From Felis catus (Eukaryota), in the NCBI RefSeq assembly GCF_018350175.1, contig NC_058368.1, positions 97,528,001 to 97,592,000 of the forward strand: DNA of 64,000 nt. Reading direction: 5' to 3'. The position numbers and the translations under genes are program-made. The notes under the pieces were generated by a model, which was not told where the DNA came from, did not search any database, and saw only the letters and a program-made list of their open reading frames with translations. Positions 1 through 10,292 of this stretch are shown here, one piece after another. Within the stretch, counting starts at the first letter, position 1. The number at the start of each line of letters is the position of its first letter.

Positions 1-92
1 ACCTTAATGCTAATGTACTTGATTGTAATTAAGAAATCAAGATTGCTAAGAAGCCACAGGGCCATTCCTGCTGTCATTCCTTTTCTGTCCTA

Positions 93-1243
93 CAGACAGT
101 CCTGCACTGTTCTCATATACACATTATAGTTACTTGGTCCTTCAGTAAGTAACATGAGTCCCTCAACAACATGGCTTAAAGTTTCCACAATATATTAACT
201 GTGAATAACTGCATAAAGTACAAACCTCCCTGCTGGCTCCTCAGTCCACAGTTCAGTATGGAAATAACACATGTACCTCATGTTCAGTGACCAATCACAA
301 CAGTTCTTTCAAAGTCTATTGGTGATTAGTACCTGTTAGTTTATATGCAGACAGAAAAGTGTGTTGCTGTCTTGGCTCCCATGATGAACTCAAGTGACAT
401 TTTCTAAAGTTGCATAATCACAAGAGGGAACTGGCTCACAAAGATGGAAGTGCAACACAACAGTGAAAGGTGGTAGCACTATAAGTGAAATTCAAATCAA
501 ATATAAATGAAGTTGTGGAAAAAATAGCAAATTGTGGGATCTCTGACATTACTGTCATTCGAGAGACTCTAGTGCAGCCAGAAGACTTAGGGAAGGCTGA
601 CTTGTCAACACGAATGAGGAAAGTGTGACAAAAAGATGACCATATTCTAGAGATAGTGAAATTGGCAAAAACAAAACAAACAAAAAAAACAATCTTCATG
701 TTAGAGTAACTCCGGGTAATATTTCACAACGTTGAAGGTGCGAAGAAGAAAATGTTGGAAGCTGATACCAACTTGGAAACAAATATGATGACGATTTGCC
801 AGTGATTAGAAAAGATGTTTGCTTTGTATCCTAAATTACAGAGTTAGAATGCAGGGACTATTCAGAGTACTCTTGATAAATTTTTTATAAAGACATAAAA
901 CACTTAATTCTCAATATTTCTAATATTTTAATTACAGTGTTCTAAATAAATATTTTTACTATTTTTTTCATTTCCTTATACATTTATTGCCTACCATAAG
1001 TGTTCTTAATGTTTTGAAAAATATTTTTCATAGTCATAGAATATTTGTAATTTTTCCTTTGTTTAATAAAATTGCCTTGGAGCACCTGGGTGGCTCAGTC
1101 AGTTAGGCATCTGACTTTGGCTCAGGTCATGATCTCAACGTTGTGGGTTGGAGCCCCTCATCAGGCTCTGTGCTGATAGCTCAGAGCCTGGAGTCTGCTT
1201 TGGATTTTGTGTCTCCCTCACTCTCTGCCCCTCCCCCGCTAGT

Positions 1244-1284
<41 letters not shown>

Positions 1285-1413
1285 AATAAACAATAAAAAA
1301 AATGAAGAAACGTCAAAAAAAAGAAAAAAATTTAAAGATTGCCTCATAGTGACTTCAGCTTGCATGGTTGTTTTCACATTCCTGTGCTACCATGCACATG
1401 CAGAAAAGGCCTG
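93..1413. mobile_element. TcMar-Tigger DNA transposon relic (MER82/Tigger6-like), interrupted by a SINE
   Basis: Starts TA|CAGACAGTCCT; degenerate Tigger-type internal sequence (gatatttcacaacgttgaa...aaaatgttggaagctgat) and terminal cttcagcttgcatgg...ctaccatgca. Confidence 0.7.
1079..1334 (+). mobile_element. Can-SINE (SINEC) nested in the Tigger element
   Basis: gcacctgggtggctcagtc head, (CT)n, A-tail; attgcct on both flanks as a TSD remnant. Confidence 0.92.
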
Positions 1414-1699
1414 AATGTATCTTCTCCTTTTCCTACGATCAGCCCGATCCCTAACATTCTCAACTTCCCGATGTTCTTAATATTTTGTTGTATTAATTGA
1501 CACTGAACTATTTCTGGTGACACCAGTCCCTCAGGCACATTAAGCGTTAGCTTTTATTTTTCGTTTATTGTACAATGCGTGGGCTAAAGACAGGTATTCG
1601 TATCTCCTTGTTCCTCATTGCCTTTTACAGAGTCATTCATTCATTCATTCAGCAAATGTTTATTGTTGCTATGGGAATATATATATGTCATCTTCATTT

Positions 1700-2215
1700 C
1701 TCAAGCACAGTTTGAGTTGATAAAGGATTCTTGATCAGCACGGCCTTCTTTAGCTCTCTGTATTCCTGGACCTTGTTAAATTTCTGGCTGCTCTGCCCTT
1801 GTCCCACTTTATATCATAGCCTCAGGCTAATTGAGATGTTAGCCTTTCCTAGCTATTTGGTAATGAGATCTCTGTCATTTTTGACTGTGCCATTGGGGTG
1901 GGATTTTTTATTAAAGTGTCAGCCCTTCTGGCCATGCAGCAGAGTTCTCAATCCTCAAGGATGCCCTGCTGGCTCCAGTGGACCCCTGTCACACAGAGTG
2001 GCAAGGGTGGAGTCGCAGAGACCCTGGCCAAAATGCCAGGTGCTTCTCTGTGTGTTGTATATATTGATCAATTTCCAGTTTCTTTTAAAGGACCTTTTTA
2101 CAACATTGTTCAGTTTTCCTGTTGCTTTCTGGTGAGAGGACTTACGAAGCTCCTCATTCAGCTCTTTCAGAAGTTCTGCCATCCATGCTATTTCTTCACC
2201 AGGCTGCCCTAGACC
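1700..2215 (-). mobile_element. Ancient L1M 5' region fragment
   Basis: Minus strand resembles old L1M 5' ends (gagcttcgtaagtcctctc...aaagcaaca...ggaaattgatcaa; gcagccagaaatttaacaagg). Confidence 0.45.
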
Positions 2216-2954
2216 AAAGTAACTTCAGACTTCCCACGTCTCCTCCTCCGTCCTCACCCTTAACTAATGCCCTCATCTTACAAGTCATTAGAAAGGTAGA
2301 ATTGCACAAAACTGTCACTGTCCTATCATGAAGCTATAACTACATCTTATTCCTTCCTTCTGTTATTATGGAAGAAGAGTCCTTCTTGTCACAGGCTCCA
2401 TTTCTGTTCTGAATCCCCGTCGTGCTTTCCTGTCTACTCTTCACTATGTTTTCAGTTCTCTTGTCTCTACAGGCTGCTTCCCATCGGGACAAAAATGTGC
2501 TCTCCAGTCTCCCATTCCAAGTCCTGCTTTGATCCCCAGACTTTTCTCAGCTATTACCCCATTTCTCTGCTTCCTCTTATTCAACTTTTCAAAACTGTAC
2601 ACACATTTTTTTTCCTATTACCTTAGGTCCCTTTCATAATTCCCCACTGTGCGACTTCTGACACAGCTACCCCTCTGAAGCTGCTGTTATTGAGATTCAG
2701 GGGGCATCCTTGTTGTCACATGTAACTGAAACTTCTTTATCATCGTCCTATTTAAATTCTTAGCAAAATTCAACACATACGACCATTTCCTCCTTTGAAA
2801 CACTTTTTTGTCGTCTTCTCTTAATGCCAATCTCTTCTGTTTTTTTCCCTAGCCTTACTATTTATTCTTTTGTGGTCTCCTTTCTTTGTCCTTCCTTTTC
2901 TACCTGATCTATAATCTTAATCTTATTCAAGATTTGGGTTTTTGATTAGTTTCT

Positions 2955-3189
2955 TTTTTTTTTTTTTTTTAAATTTTTTTTGTTTTCAACGTTTATTTAT
3001 TTTTGGGACAGAGAGAGACAGAGCATGAACGGGGGAAGGGCAGAGAGAGAGGGAGACACAGAATCGGAAACAGGCTCCAGGCTCTGAGCCATCAGCCCAG
3101 AGCCTGACGCGGGGCTCGAACTCCCGGACCGCGAGATCGTGACCTGGCTGAAGTCAGACGCTTAACCGACTGCGCCACCCAGGCGCCCC
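2955..3189 (-). mobile_element. Young felid SINEC_Fc
   Basis: CpG-intact SINE; perfect 18-bp TSD aagatttgggtttttgat at 2929-2946 and 3190-3207. Confidence 0.95.
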
Positions 3190-3451
3190 AAGATTTGGGT
3201 TTTTGATACTCACTTTGTCCACTACTTCCCTCTCACAACCAGAGCTCCCTCAATTTAGTAGATGGCATCTTCCTCCTAATAGTTGCTCAAGCCAGAAACC
3301 CAGAAATAGTCTTTTTTCTCTCTGTTCCTTGCTCTCCGTATTTATTGGCACATCTGGCAGTGCTTTCCCCCAAATACACCATCAGTATGTTATTTCTCTC
3401 CATCTTCATCACCTGTTACCACGTTGTCAAAACCTGACCTCTGTGCTCTAG

Positions 3452-3860
3452 AGCTGAAACATACCGTGAAGACAGCGTTTGGGGATAAAGAGGAACACTG
3501 GTTTTAATGCTTTGCCAGGCAAAGGAGGCTGAAGCAGGCTAATGCCTTCAAAGCTACAGATCCACCTGTAATAAAAGGTTAAGGGTGGTTTTAGGAAAAT
3601 ACAGGATCTGGGCAGTTTAGAGAACAATCTGGTACATATGCCAGGCGGGTTGTTCATGTTTCTTGACTACCTCAGGCCTGGCCATCCGAGTCTCGTTACT
3701 GGCTATGCACCGAGGTCAGGGAGATGTCCACATTGATACCAAGTTCATGGAACAAAGGATTCTACAGAACAACACATGAAGGGAAGAGGGAGGCTTCAAG
3801 AATGAGGAAGAGAAAAATTCGTTCAGTTTAAAGGCAAGCCTTGCCGAAGCACTAGTGTGT
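3452..3860 (-). mobile_element. LTR-like element (ERV1-class, probably carnivore/laurasiatherian)
   Basis: Motif tttaatgctttgccaggcaaaggaggctg...gctaatgccttcaaag resembles known ERV LTRs; boundaries approximate. Confidence 0.45.
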
Positions 3861-4358
3861 CCATCTTAATTCCCATCTGCCTTTACGTTTCTGTAGCGGT
3901 TTCATCCAGACTGTCAACTCTTGCCTAGTTACTGTCTCCGTTTCTACTCTTGCCTTTTGAGTTTTGTCTCATAAGAGAGGGGCATTGTAATAGTCTTAGA
4001 ATGTAAATCTCAATACCTGTCCTTTCCTTAAAACTGACTAGTGACATTCCATTACCCTCTTGACTGTGACCTACAGACACCCTGCCCCACCTATCACCTA
4101 CCACTGTCTTGAGTGTTCATTGCAACACTTACCCTCCTGCATTAGTGGCCTTCAGTCAAACTACTTTCTTTCCACACCAAACTCTTTCCCGTAGGAAAAC
4201 CTCTCTACCTACTCTTTCCGCTGCTCAAAATGAGCTTTTCTTCCCTTCTGATCTGTGGCTTACTTCTTGTCCTTGCAGTCTCACACGCCACTTTTCAAAG
4301 AGGGCTTTCATGATGAGCTCATCTCTGTTCTTGTTGCTCTTCTCCATCCCAGCCATCC

Positions 4359-4359
<1 letters not shown>

Positions 4360-4394
<35 letters not shown>
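4360..4394. repeat. (GT)n microsatellite
   Basis: Read directly from the sequence. Confidence 0.97.
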
Positions 4395-4397
<3 letters not shown>

Positions 4398-4765
4398 CAT
4401 ATATCACAACTACATACAGTTTGTACTTCCTTTTCTATTTTTTGCCATTTTTCCCCCTAAAATGTAAGCTCTTTGAGTTCAGTGACTGTGTATATGTCTC
4501 AAAAATTCTTATAGCAAGTATACTTTTTGATGTGTTGATACTTGATGAATTTTTTGTTGAATGGCTGAATTAATAAAGAATTCTGTCAAGAGAAGTCAGA
4601 GGCATAGAATGTCAGAAAAGAAGCAGCCAAATACTGGTTACTTTACTTTCTTACAATGAAGTGCCTGAAAATGAGATAAATTGTTAATATTAGACTCTGT
4701 CATTGAATGTTTTAAATCAGGGAGTTGAATGATAAATCCCGTAACTTTTTTTTTTTTTTTTATAG

Positions 4766-4902
4766 CCTTTTCTCCCTCCTTCACAAAGTAGAGCAGAGTA
4801 TGATTCAGAAGAGAGTCTGGAGAGTGATGATGATGATGATGATGATGATGTTTTAGCTTCTGATTTCCATCTGCAAGAGCATTCTAATTCAAATTCATAT
4901 AG
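4766..4902 (+). CDS. DMXL1: DMXL1 coding exon (first in window): PFLPPSQSRAEYDSEESLES(D)8VLASDFHLQEHSNSNSY
   Basis: Poly-T tract + tatAG acceptor (4764-65), donor AG|GTATGG; 137 nt, phase 0 to 2; joins in frame with the next exon. Confidence 0.93.
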
Positions 4903-5599
4903 GTATGGAATATTTAATTTTAAGTTTCTTTTTAAAAATTTCTCATGGCTTATATACATAATATTTTTGAAAATAGTTCATGTAAAATTAATAGCTCATT
5001 GAATTAAAACACCTAAGTCAAATTTCTTTAGATGAAATTGTTAGATACCTTTCTTTAACAATAATTTCACAGTTTATTTATTATGTATGAATCAGTCCTC
5101 ACAAATGCTATCAGACTATTCCTTGCCCTTTGCTCCCTGAGATACACAAATCCCACTGTTTTAGCCTAGAAGACACAATATCTTTTCAGTGTAATACTAA
5201 TGCTCTAACATGTCAGTGATTTTTGTCTTAAAAATGTCTTCCCCATATTATAAAAATCATAAATGTTCAAAATGTTCACCCTCGGCTCCGAAGCTGCATT
5301 ATCCTTACATGCATGGATAATGGTGTATTATCTTATCTCTGTTGATATGTTGTATATGTCTGAAAGGTGTATACATTTTATTAAGACATTGTATGTTATG
5401 GTATGATAGAAAAATAGAAATTTTCCACAAGCAGTAAGTAGGATATTAGGGAAAATGAAGTAGTCCTTTATCGAAAGGAAAAATTATGAGATTTTTTACT
5501 TACTAGTATACTGTTGTTGATTTCCTGTTGACCTGATTTTGTTTTTTGAATACACAAAATATTTACATGGCTCAGAAGTCAAACTGTATAATTTAATAT

Positions 5600-6490
5600 C
5601 AACAAAAACAAAACAACCCAATTTAAAAAGCGCACAAATGACTTGAATAGATGTTTTTCCAAAGCAGATATATAAATGGCCAATAAGCACATGAAAAGAT
5701 GGTCACTATCACTGATTATTAGGAAAATGCAATTTGAAGCCACAGTGAGAGTTCACTTCATACCTCTTAACATGACTGCTCTCAAAAAGAAAATAGCAGT
5801 GTTGGCAAGAATGTGGAGAAATTGGACCCTTTGTGCCCTATTGGTAGAAATGTGAAATGGTAACACCACTGTGGAAAACATTATGGCAGTTCTTCAGAAA
5901 TTAAAAACAGAATTACCACATGACTCAGCAATTTCATTTCTAAGTATATATACCCTAAAGAATTAAAATAAATAAGGTATTGAATAGGTATTTGTACAAA
6001 CATGTTCATGACAGCATTATTAATAGTAGCCAGGGGGTAAAAGTACCAAGTGTCTGTTGACAGATAAATGCATAAATAGAAATAATAGTATATACCTACA
6101 GTGGAATATTATTCAACCTAAAAAAGGATGGAAATTCTAACACATGTTATAACATGGATAAACCTTGAGGACAACATGCTAAATGAAACAAACCAGTCAC
6201 AGAAAGACAAATACTGTATAATCCCACATATGAGATACTTAGTAGAGTATCATAGAGTAGTCCGATTCATAGAGACCTTTTGTCTCTATGAATGGTGGTG
6301 GCCAGGGACTAGGAGAAGGGGGAAATGCAATTGTTGCTTAATAGAGATAGTTCTAATTTTGCAAGATGAAAAGAGTTATAGAAATAGGTGGTGGTGATGG
6401 TTGCACAAAAATATGAATGTACTTAATGCCACTGAACTAAAAAATAGTTAAGATGGTAAACTCTGTGGTATGTGTATTTTACCACAATTG
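5600..6490 (+). mobile_element. L1 (L1MA/MB-type) 3' fragment
   Basis: ORF2 3' end motifs (aaatggccaataagcacatgaaaagat; aaccttgaggacaacatgctaaatgaaacaaaccagtcaca) and 3' end tatgtgtattttaccacaat. Confidence 0.88.
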
Positions 6491-6687
6491 AAAGTAGTAA
6501 AAAGCCAGTACTCTAAGAAATAAATGTGTTTCACTTTAAGAGAAGCTAATATTTCTTTTTTCAATTAAAAAAGCAAAAACTATATAAAAATGTGAAATCG
6601 GAAGTGTCACATTTCTGTCTTCCACCCATTTCCTCCTCTACACCCATTTTTATTAGTTTCTGTTTTATCTGCCTTTTTGCAAAATAA

Positions 6688-6689
<2 letters not shown>

Positions 6690-6730
<41 letters not shown>

Positions 6731-6741
6731 TGTGTGTGTGT
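6690..6741. repeat. (GT)n microsatellite, one interruption
   Basis: Read directly from the sequence. Confidence 0.97.
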
Positions 6742-7125
6742 AAAATCTTATTTCCCTGCTTTCTTACATGGAAAAGCATACTGTGTATAATGTTCTATAA
6801 TTTGCTTATTTATTAATACATACTGGAGTTCATTTCATATTAATACTTTGAGATCCTTCTTCATTCCTTTTTTATGGCAACTTTTTTCTGTGGTTCAAAA
6901 CCATAGTGTTTGAACCTGTATTTTCTTGGTGGATAATTGGTTGTTTCTGCTCTTTTGCTATTTTAGATAAAGCTGACATGAGTAACTCCATGCTTATATT
7001 GTTTTGGTTTTGGGAAAGTATATCTGCAGACTAGATTCTTGGTGGTGAAATTGTTGGATTAAAGAGTGGTATACTCTTCCAAAACCCTAAGTAAGTTTTT
7101 AACACATCTCCTGTTTTATTTTTAG

Positions 7126-7211
7126 TTGGTCATTGATGCGCTTGGCAATGGTGCAGTTGGTACTCAACAATTTGAAGACTTTCTATCCCTTTGCAGGTCA
7201 CGATCTTGCAG
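7126..7211 (+). CDS. DMXL1: DMXL1 coding exon: (S)WSLMRLAMVQLVLNNLKTFYPFAGHDLA(E)
   Basis: tttttAG acceptor, CAG|GTAATA donor; 86 nt, phase 2 to 1. Confidence 0.93.
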
Positions 7212-7810
7212 GTAATAAATATCTTAACATGAACTAATATTCCCAGTGCTTTTGAATTACTATTTTGTATTTTTTTTCAAATAGTGGAGAAAAACTTTAG
7301 TGACTTACTATTGTAGAAGATAGGTTTCTTTTAACCAAACCAACCATCTATAAATATTTTCTATAGGTGCCCTTAGGAGGACATCATCTAAGAAAGCTGG
7401 GGATCTGAACCTGTTGTGATTGACTGTATTGAGACTTTATTTATAGCTGTAGCCAGGTGTTGAGGGATTTAATAGCAGTAGACACTTAGAAAACTAACCA
7501 CGTGCAAAAACTTAGTGATTATTAACTCCAGGGGAAGAAAAGATTGTACAGAAAGGTACATGATAGTATACCACGTGGTTCAGCTATGATCTATATTTAT
7601 AAATAGATATAACAAGTTAAACCTGAAAACATCAATTTAACCAGAAATTATTATGTGACTATATTGCAGTGATGGAGAGACCGTTTATTTTTATGTTCCA
7701 TAGTAATAAATTAGTACGTCATTTCTAAAATTGAAAAATCATGAATTCACAGTATTATCCTGTTATTTAGATCTTCAGAGGTAAATAGGAATAGCTAAAA
7801 GTTGAAAGTA

Positions 7811-8030
7811 GGGCTACCCAGGTGGCTCAGTTGGTTAAGCATCCGACTTCGGCTCAGGTCATGATCTCACGGTTCGTGAGTTCAAGCCCCGCATCAGGCT
7901 CCGACAGTTCAGAGTCTCGAGCCTGCTTCAGATTCTGTGTCCCCCTCTCTCTTGGCTCCTCCCCCGCTCACACTGTCTCATTCTCTCTCAAAAATAAATA
8001 AACATTAAAAAAATTTTAATAAAATAAAAG
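7811..8030 (+). mobile_element. Can-SINE
   Basis: SINE head, CT region and A-tail; degenerate TSD taaaagttgaaagtag / taaaagttgagagtgg. Confidence 0.92.
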
Positions 8031-8708
8031 TTGAGAGTGGAATGAGGAGTCATGTGAATGAAAGTTTACAGAACCAGAAAGTGTTGAATTTACTGGTAAA
8101 TATTATTTAAGGTTTTTTTTTCTTTACTTTCGTGTATTATTTTAATTTTCTAAACAAGTTTTAAATATACCCATATAGATTTGGGTATGTGTGTGTCTGT
8201 GTGTGTTGTGTATGTATGTATATGTACATACATACACTGTATATATGTACATACATATATATGTACATACATACACTGTATACCATATATACCATATAGA
8301 AATATATACCATAAAGAAATTAAATGTTAAAAGCTATTATTTTTTCCTCTCCAATATATTTTTATAATATGCAGGTATATTTTTTCTTGTGAAATTAAAG
8401 CCAGAGGCAGTAATTGATATAGCAATCAATACTTTATATCATAAGTCATAAATATTATTCCAAGTTATACTTGTAAAGCTATGATATAATTTCAACTTAG
8501 ATTTCTCTTTTTTTTCTGTTGCTGAGGGTCACCTAATAATGTTGAAATAAAGATTCATTACATCTTTTTTTTTTAATCCTTTGGGTTTCTGTGCCCACCT
8601 CTCTTCCACATCTCCTCTGCCAGAACGTGTCTTCTCTCATTCCTACAGTTGAATGTAACATTTTACTGCAGAAGACAAATGTGGGTCATTTTTATTTTCT
8701 CTTTTTAG

Positions 8709-8910
8709 AACTTCCAGTTAGTTCACCACTTTGTCATGCGGTTCTGAAAACTCTTCAGTGTTGGGAACAAGTTCTTCTCCGACGACTTGAAATCCATGGT
8801 GGGCCACCTCAAAACTATATCTCAAGTCATACCTCTGAAGAGAGTGTGTCTGCAGGCCCTGCAATTCTCCGCCATAAAGCTTTGCTGGAACCTACAAACA
8901 CTCCTTTTAG
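8709..8910 (+). CDS. DMXL1: DMXL1 coding exon: LPVSSPLCHAVLKTLQCWEQVLLRRLEIHGGPPQNY...EPTNTPF
   Basis: ctttttAG acceptor, TAG|GTAGGT donor; 202 nt, phase 1 to 2; lies within ORF-track entry 8591..8914. Confidence 0.94.
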
Positions 8911-8939
8911 GTAGGTTTTCCTATAGATCCTGTTTTTGA

Positions 8940-9158
8940 TTTTTTTTTTTAATGTTTATTTACTTCTTTTTGAGAGAGCGAGAACAGCACAAGTGGAGGG
9001 GAGATGGGCAGAGAGAGGGAGACACAGAATCCAAAGCAGGTTCCAGGGTCCGAGCTGTCAGCTCAGAGTCCTACGTGTTGTTTAACCCCACAACTGCGAG
9101 ACCATGACCTGAGGGAGCTGAGTCAGACACTTAACCAACTAAGCCACCCAGGCGCCCC
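8940..9158 (-). mobile_element. Can-SINE, ~30 nt downstream of a DMXL1 donor
   Basis: Poly-T, gagacacagaatcc...gccacccaggcgcccc. Confidence 0.92.
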
Positions 9159-9300
9159 CTATGCATACTGTTTTTACGTCAGAGTTACTAAATCAGAATG
9201 CTATCAACTAGTAATTTAAAAAAAAATACTTAAGGCCTTCTGTGTCTAATTTGCAGTTCTTGGCTCGTATCTGTGTCTTTGTTAGATGTATATTGTAGGC

Positions 9301-9525
9301 CAGAGGTTACCAAACATTTCCTGCAAAGGCCTAGAAAGTAAATATTTTAGGCTTTGCAGACCCTAGAATCCTTGTTGCAGCTCTTAAACTGCCATTGTAC
9401 AGTGAAAGCAACCATAGACAATAAGTAAACAAATGGTCATGGCTGTGATCCAATAAATTTTATTTTTGAAAATGAAAGGCAGGCTGAGTTTGACCTGTGG
9501 GCCATAGTTTACTTCCGCCCACTCT
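9301..9525 (+). mobile_element. hAT-Charlie MER58A-like element
   Basis: gtaaatattttaggctttgc...gcaaccatagacaa...ggctgtgatccaataaa...gggccatagttt. Confidence 0.8.
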
Positions 9526-9837
9526 GGAACAGTGCCCTTCAAAATATTTAGTTAGCAAACTGTTTTACTGTCCGTGGGGAGATGAAGCATTTGCACCAAA
9601 AGGTAAATCGATGCAGTGCTTGTTTCATCAATAAAGCCTTGCTACCAAATGTTAACTGAATTAAACTGTACTTACAAGCTTAGTTATACAGTTGATACAC
9701 ATTATTTCACAAGTTCTTAACCATAGTGAGCATCAGTAACAGTTCGTGGGCTGATATGTGTCCTCAGACACTTGGAGTAGCTCTGCCTCTAGATCTCTTC
9801 CAGGAAGTCTAACTATTTTGGTAGATCTTCTGTTCCT

Positions 9838-10050
9838 GGGGGTCGGAAACTGCAGCTTAGAGCCAAATCCACCCCTCCTCCTGCATTGTAAACAAAATTT
9901 TATTGGATTACAGCCACACCCTTTGATTTTAATATTATCTATGGGTGGTTTCCTTCTTCAGTAGCTGAGTTGAGTGGTTGAAAGACCATGTAGCCTGAAA
10001 GCCTAAAATCTTTACAATCAGGTTCTTTAAGAAAAAGTTTGCAGACTGCT
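9838..10050 (-). mobile_element. MER58-like element
   Basis: ggggtcggaaact...ttttattgga...cagccaca...aagcctaaaatctttac...aaaaagtttgcaga. Confidence 0.7.
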
Positions 10051-10174
10051 GCCTAGATGATGTGATCTGATTCTAGTTCATTTATTATTATAAACATTCT
10101 TACAGCACCAAGGAAATGTGGTCAAGTTAATCAGAAATCTCCAAAGTGTATAATTAAATATCCTGTCTCTGCAG

Positions 10175-10292
10175 ATCCAAACACCATCTGGCACTGTCTG
10201 TGAAGAGACTTTGGCAGTATTTGGTGAAGCAGGAAGAAATTCAGGAAACTTTTATCAGAAATATATTCACGAAGAAAAGATGTCTAAATGAG
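10175..10292 (+). CDS. DMXL1: DMXL1 coding exon: SKHHLALSVKRLWQYLVKQEEIQETFIRNIFTKKRCLNE
   Basis: ctctgcAG acceptor, GAG|GTCTGT donor; 118 nt, phase 2 to 0. Confidence 0.93.

Noticed and set aside
1955..2182. Minus-strand ORF MAELLKELNEELRKSS... resembling a processed pseudogene
   Set aside because: No recognisable protein family, no polyA or TSD; the nucleotide sequence looks more like an ancient L1M 5' region
8205..8315. Short recurring units (tatgtacatacatacactgta) superficially like a repeat-spacer array
   Set aside because: Low-complexity TA/CA microsatellite decay; eukaryotic context, no CRISPR architecture
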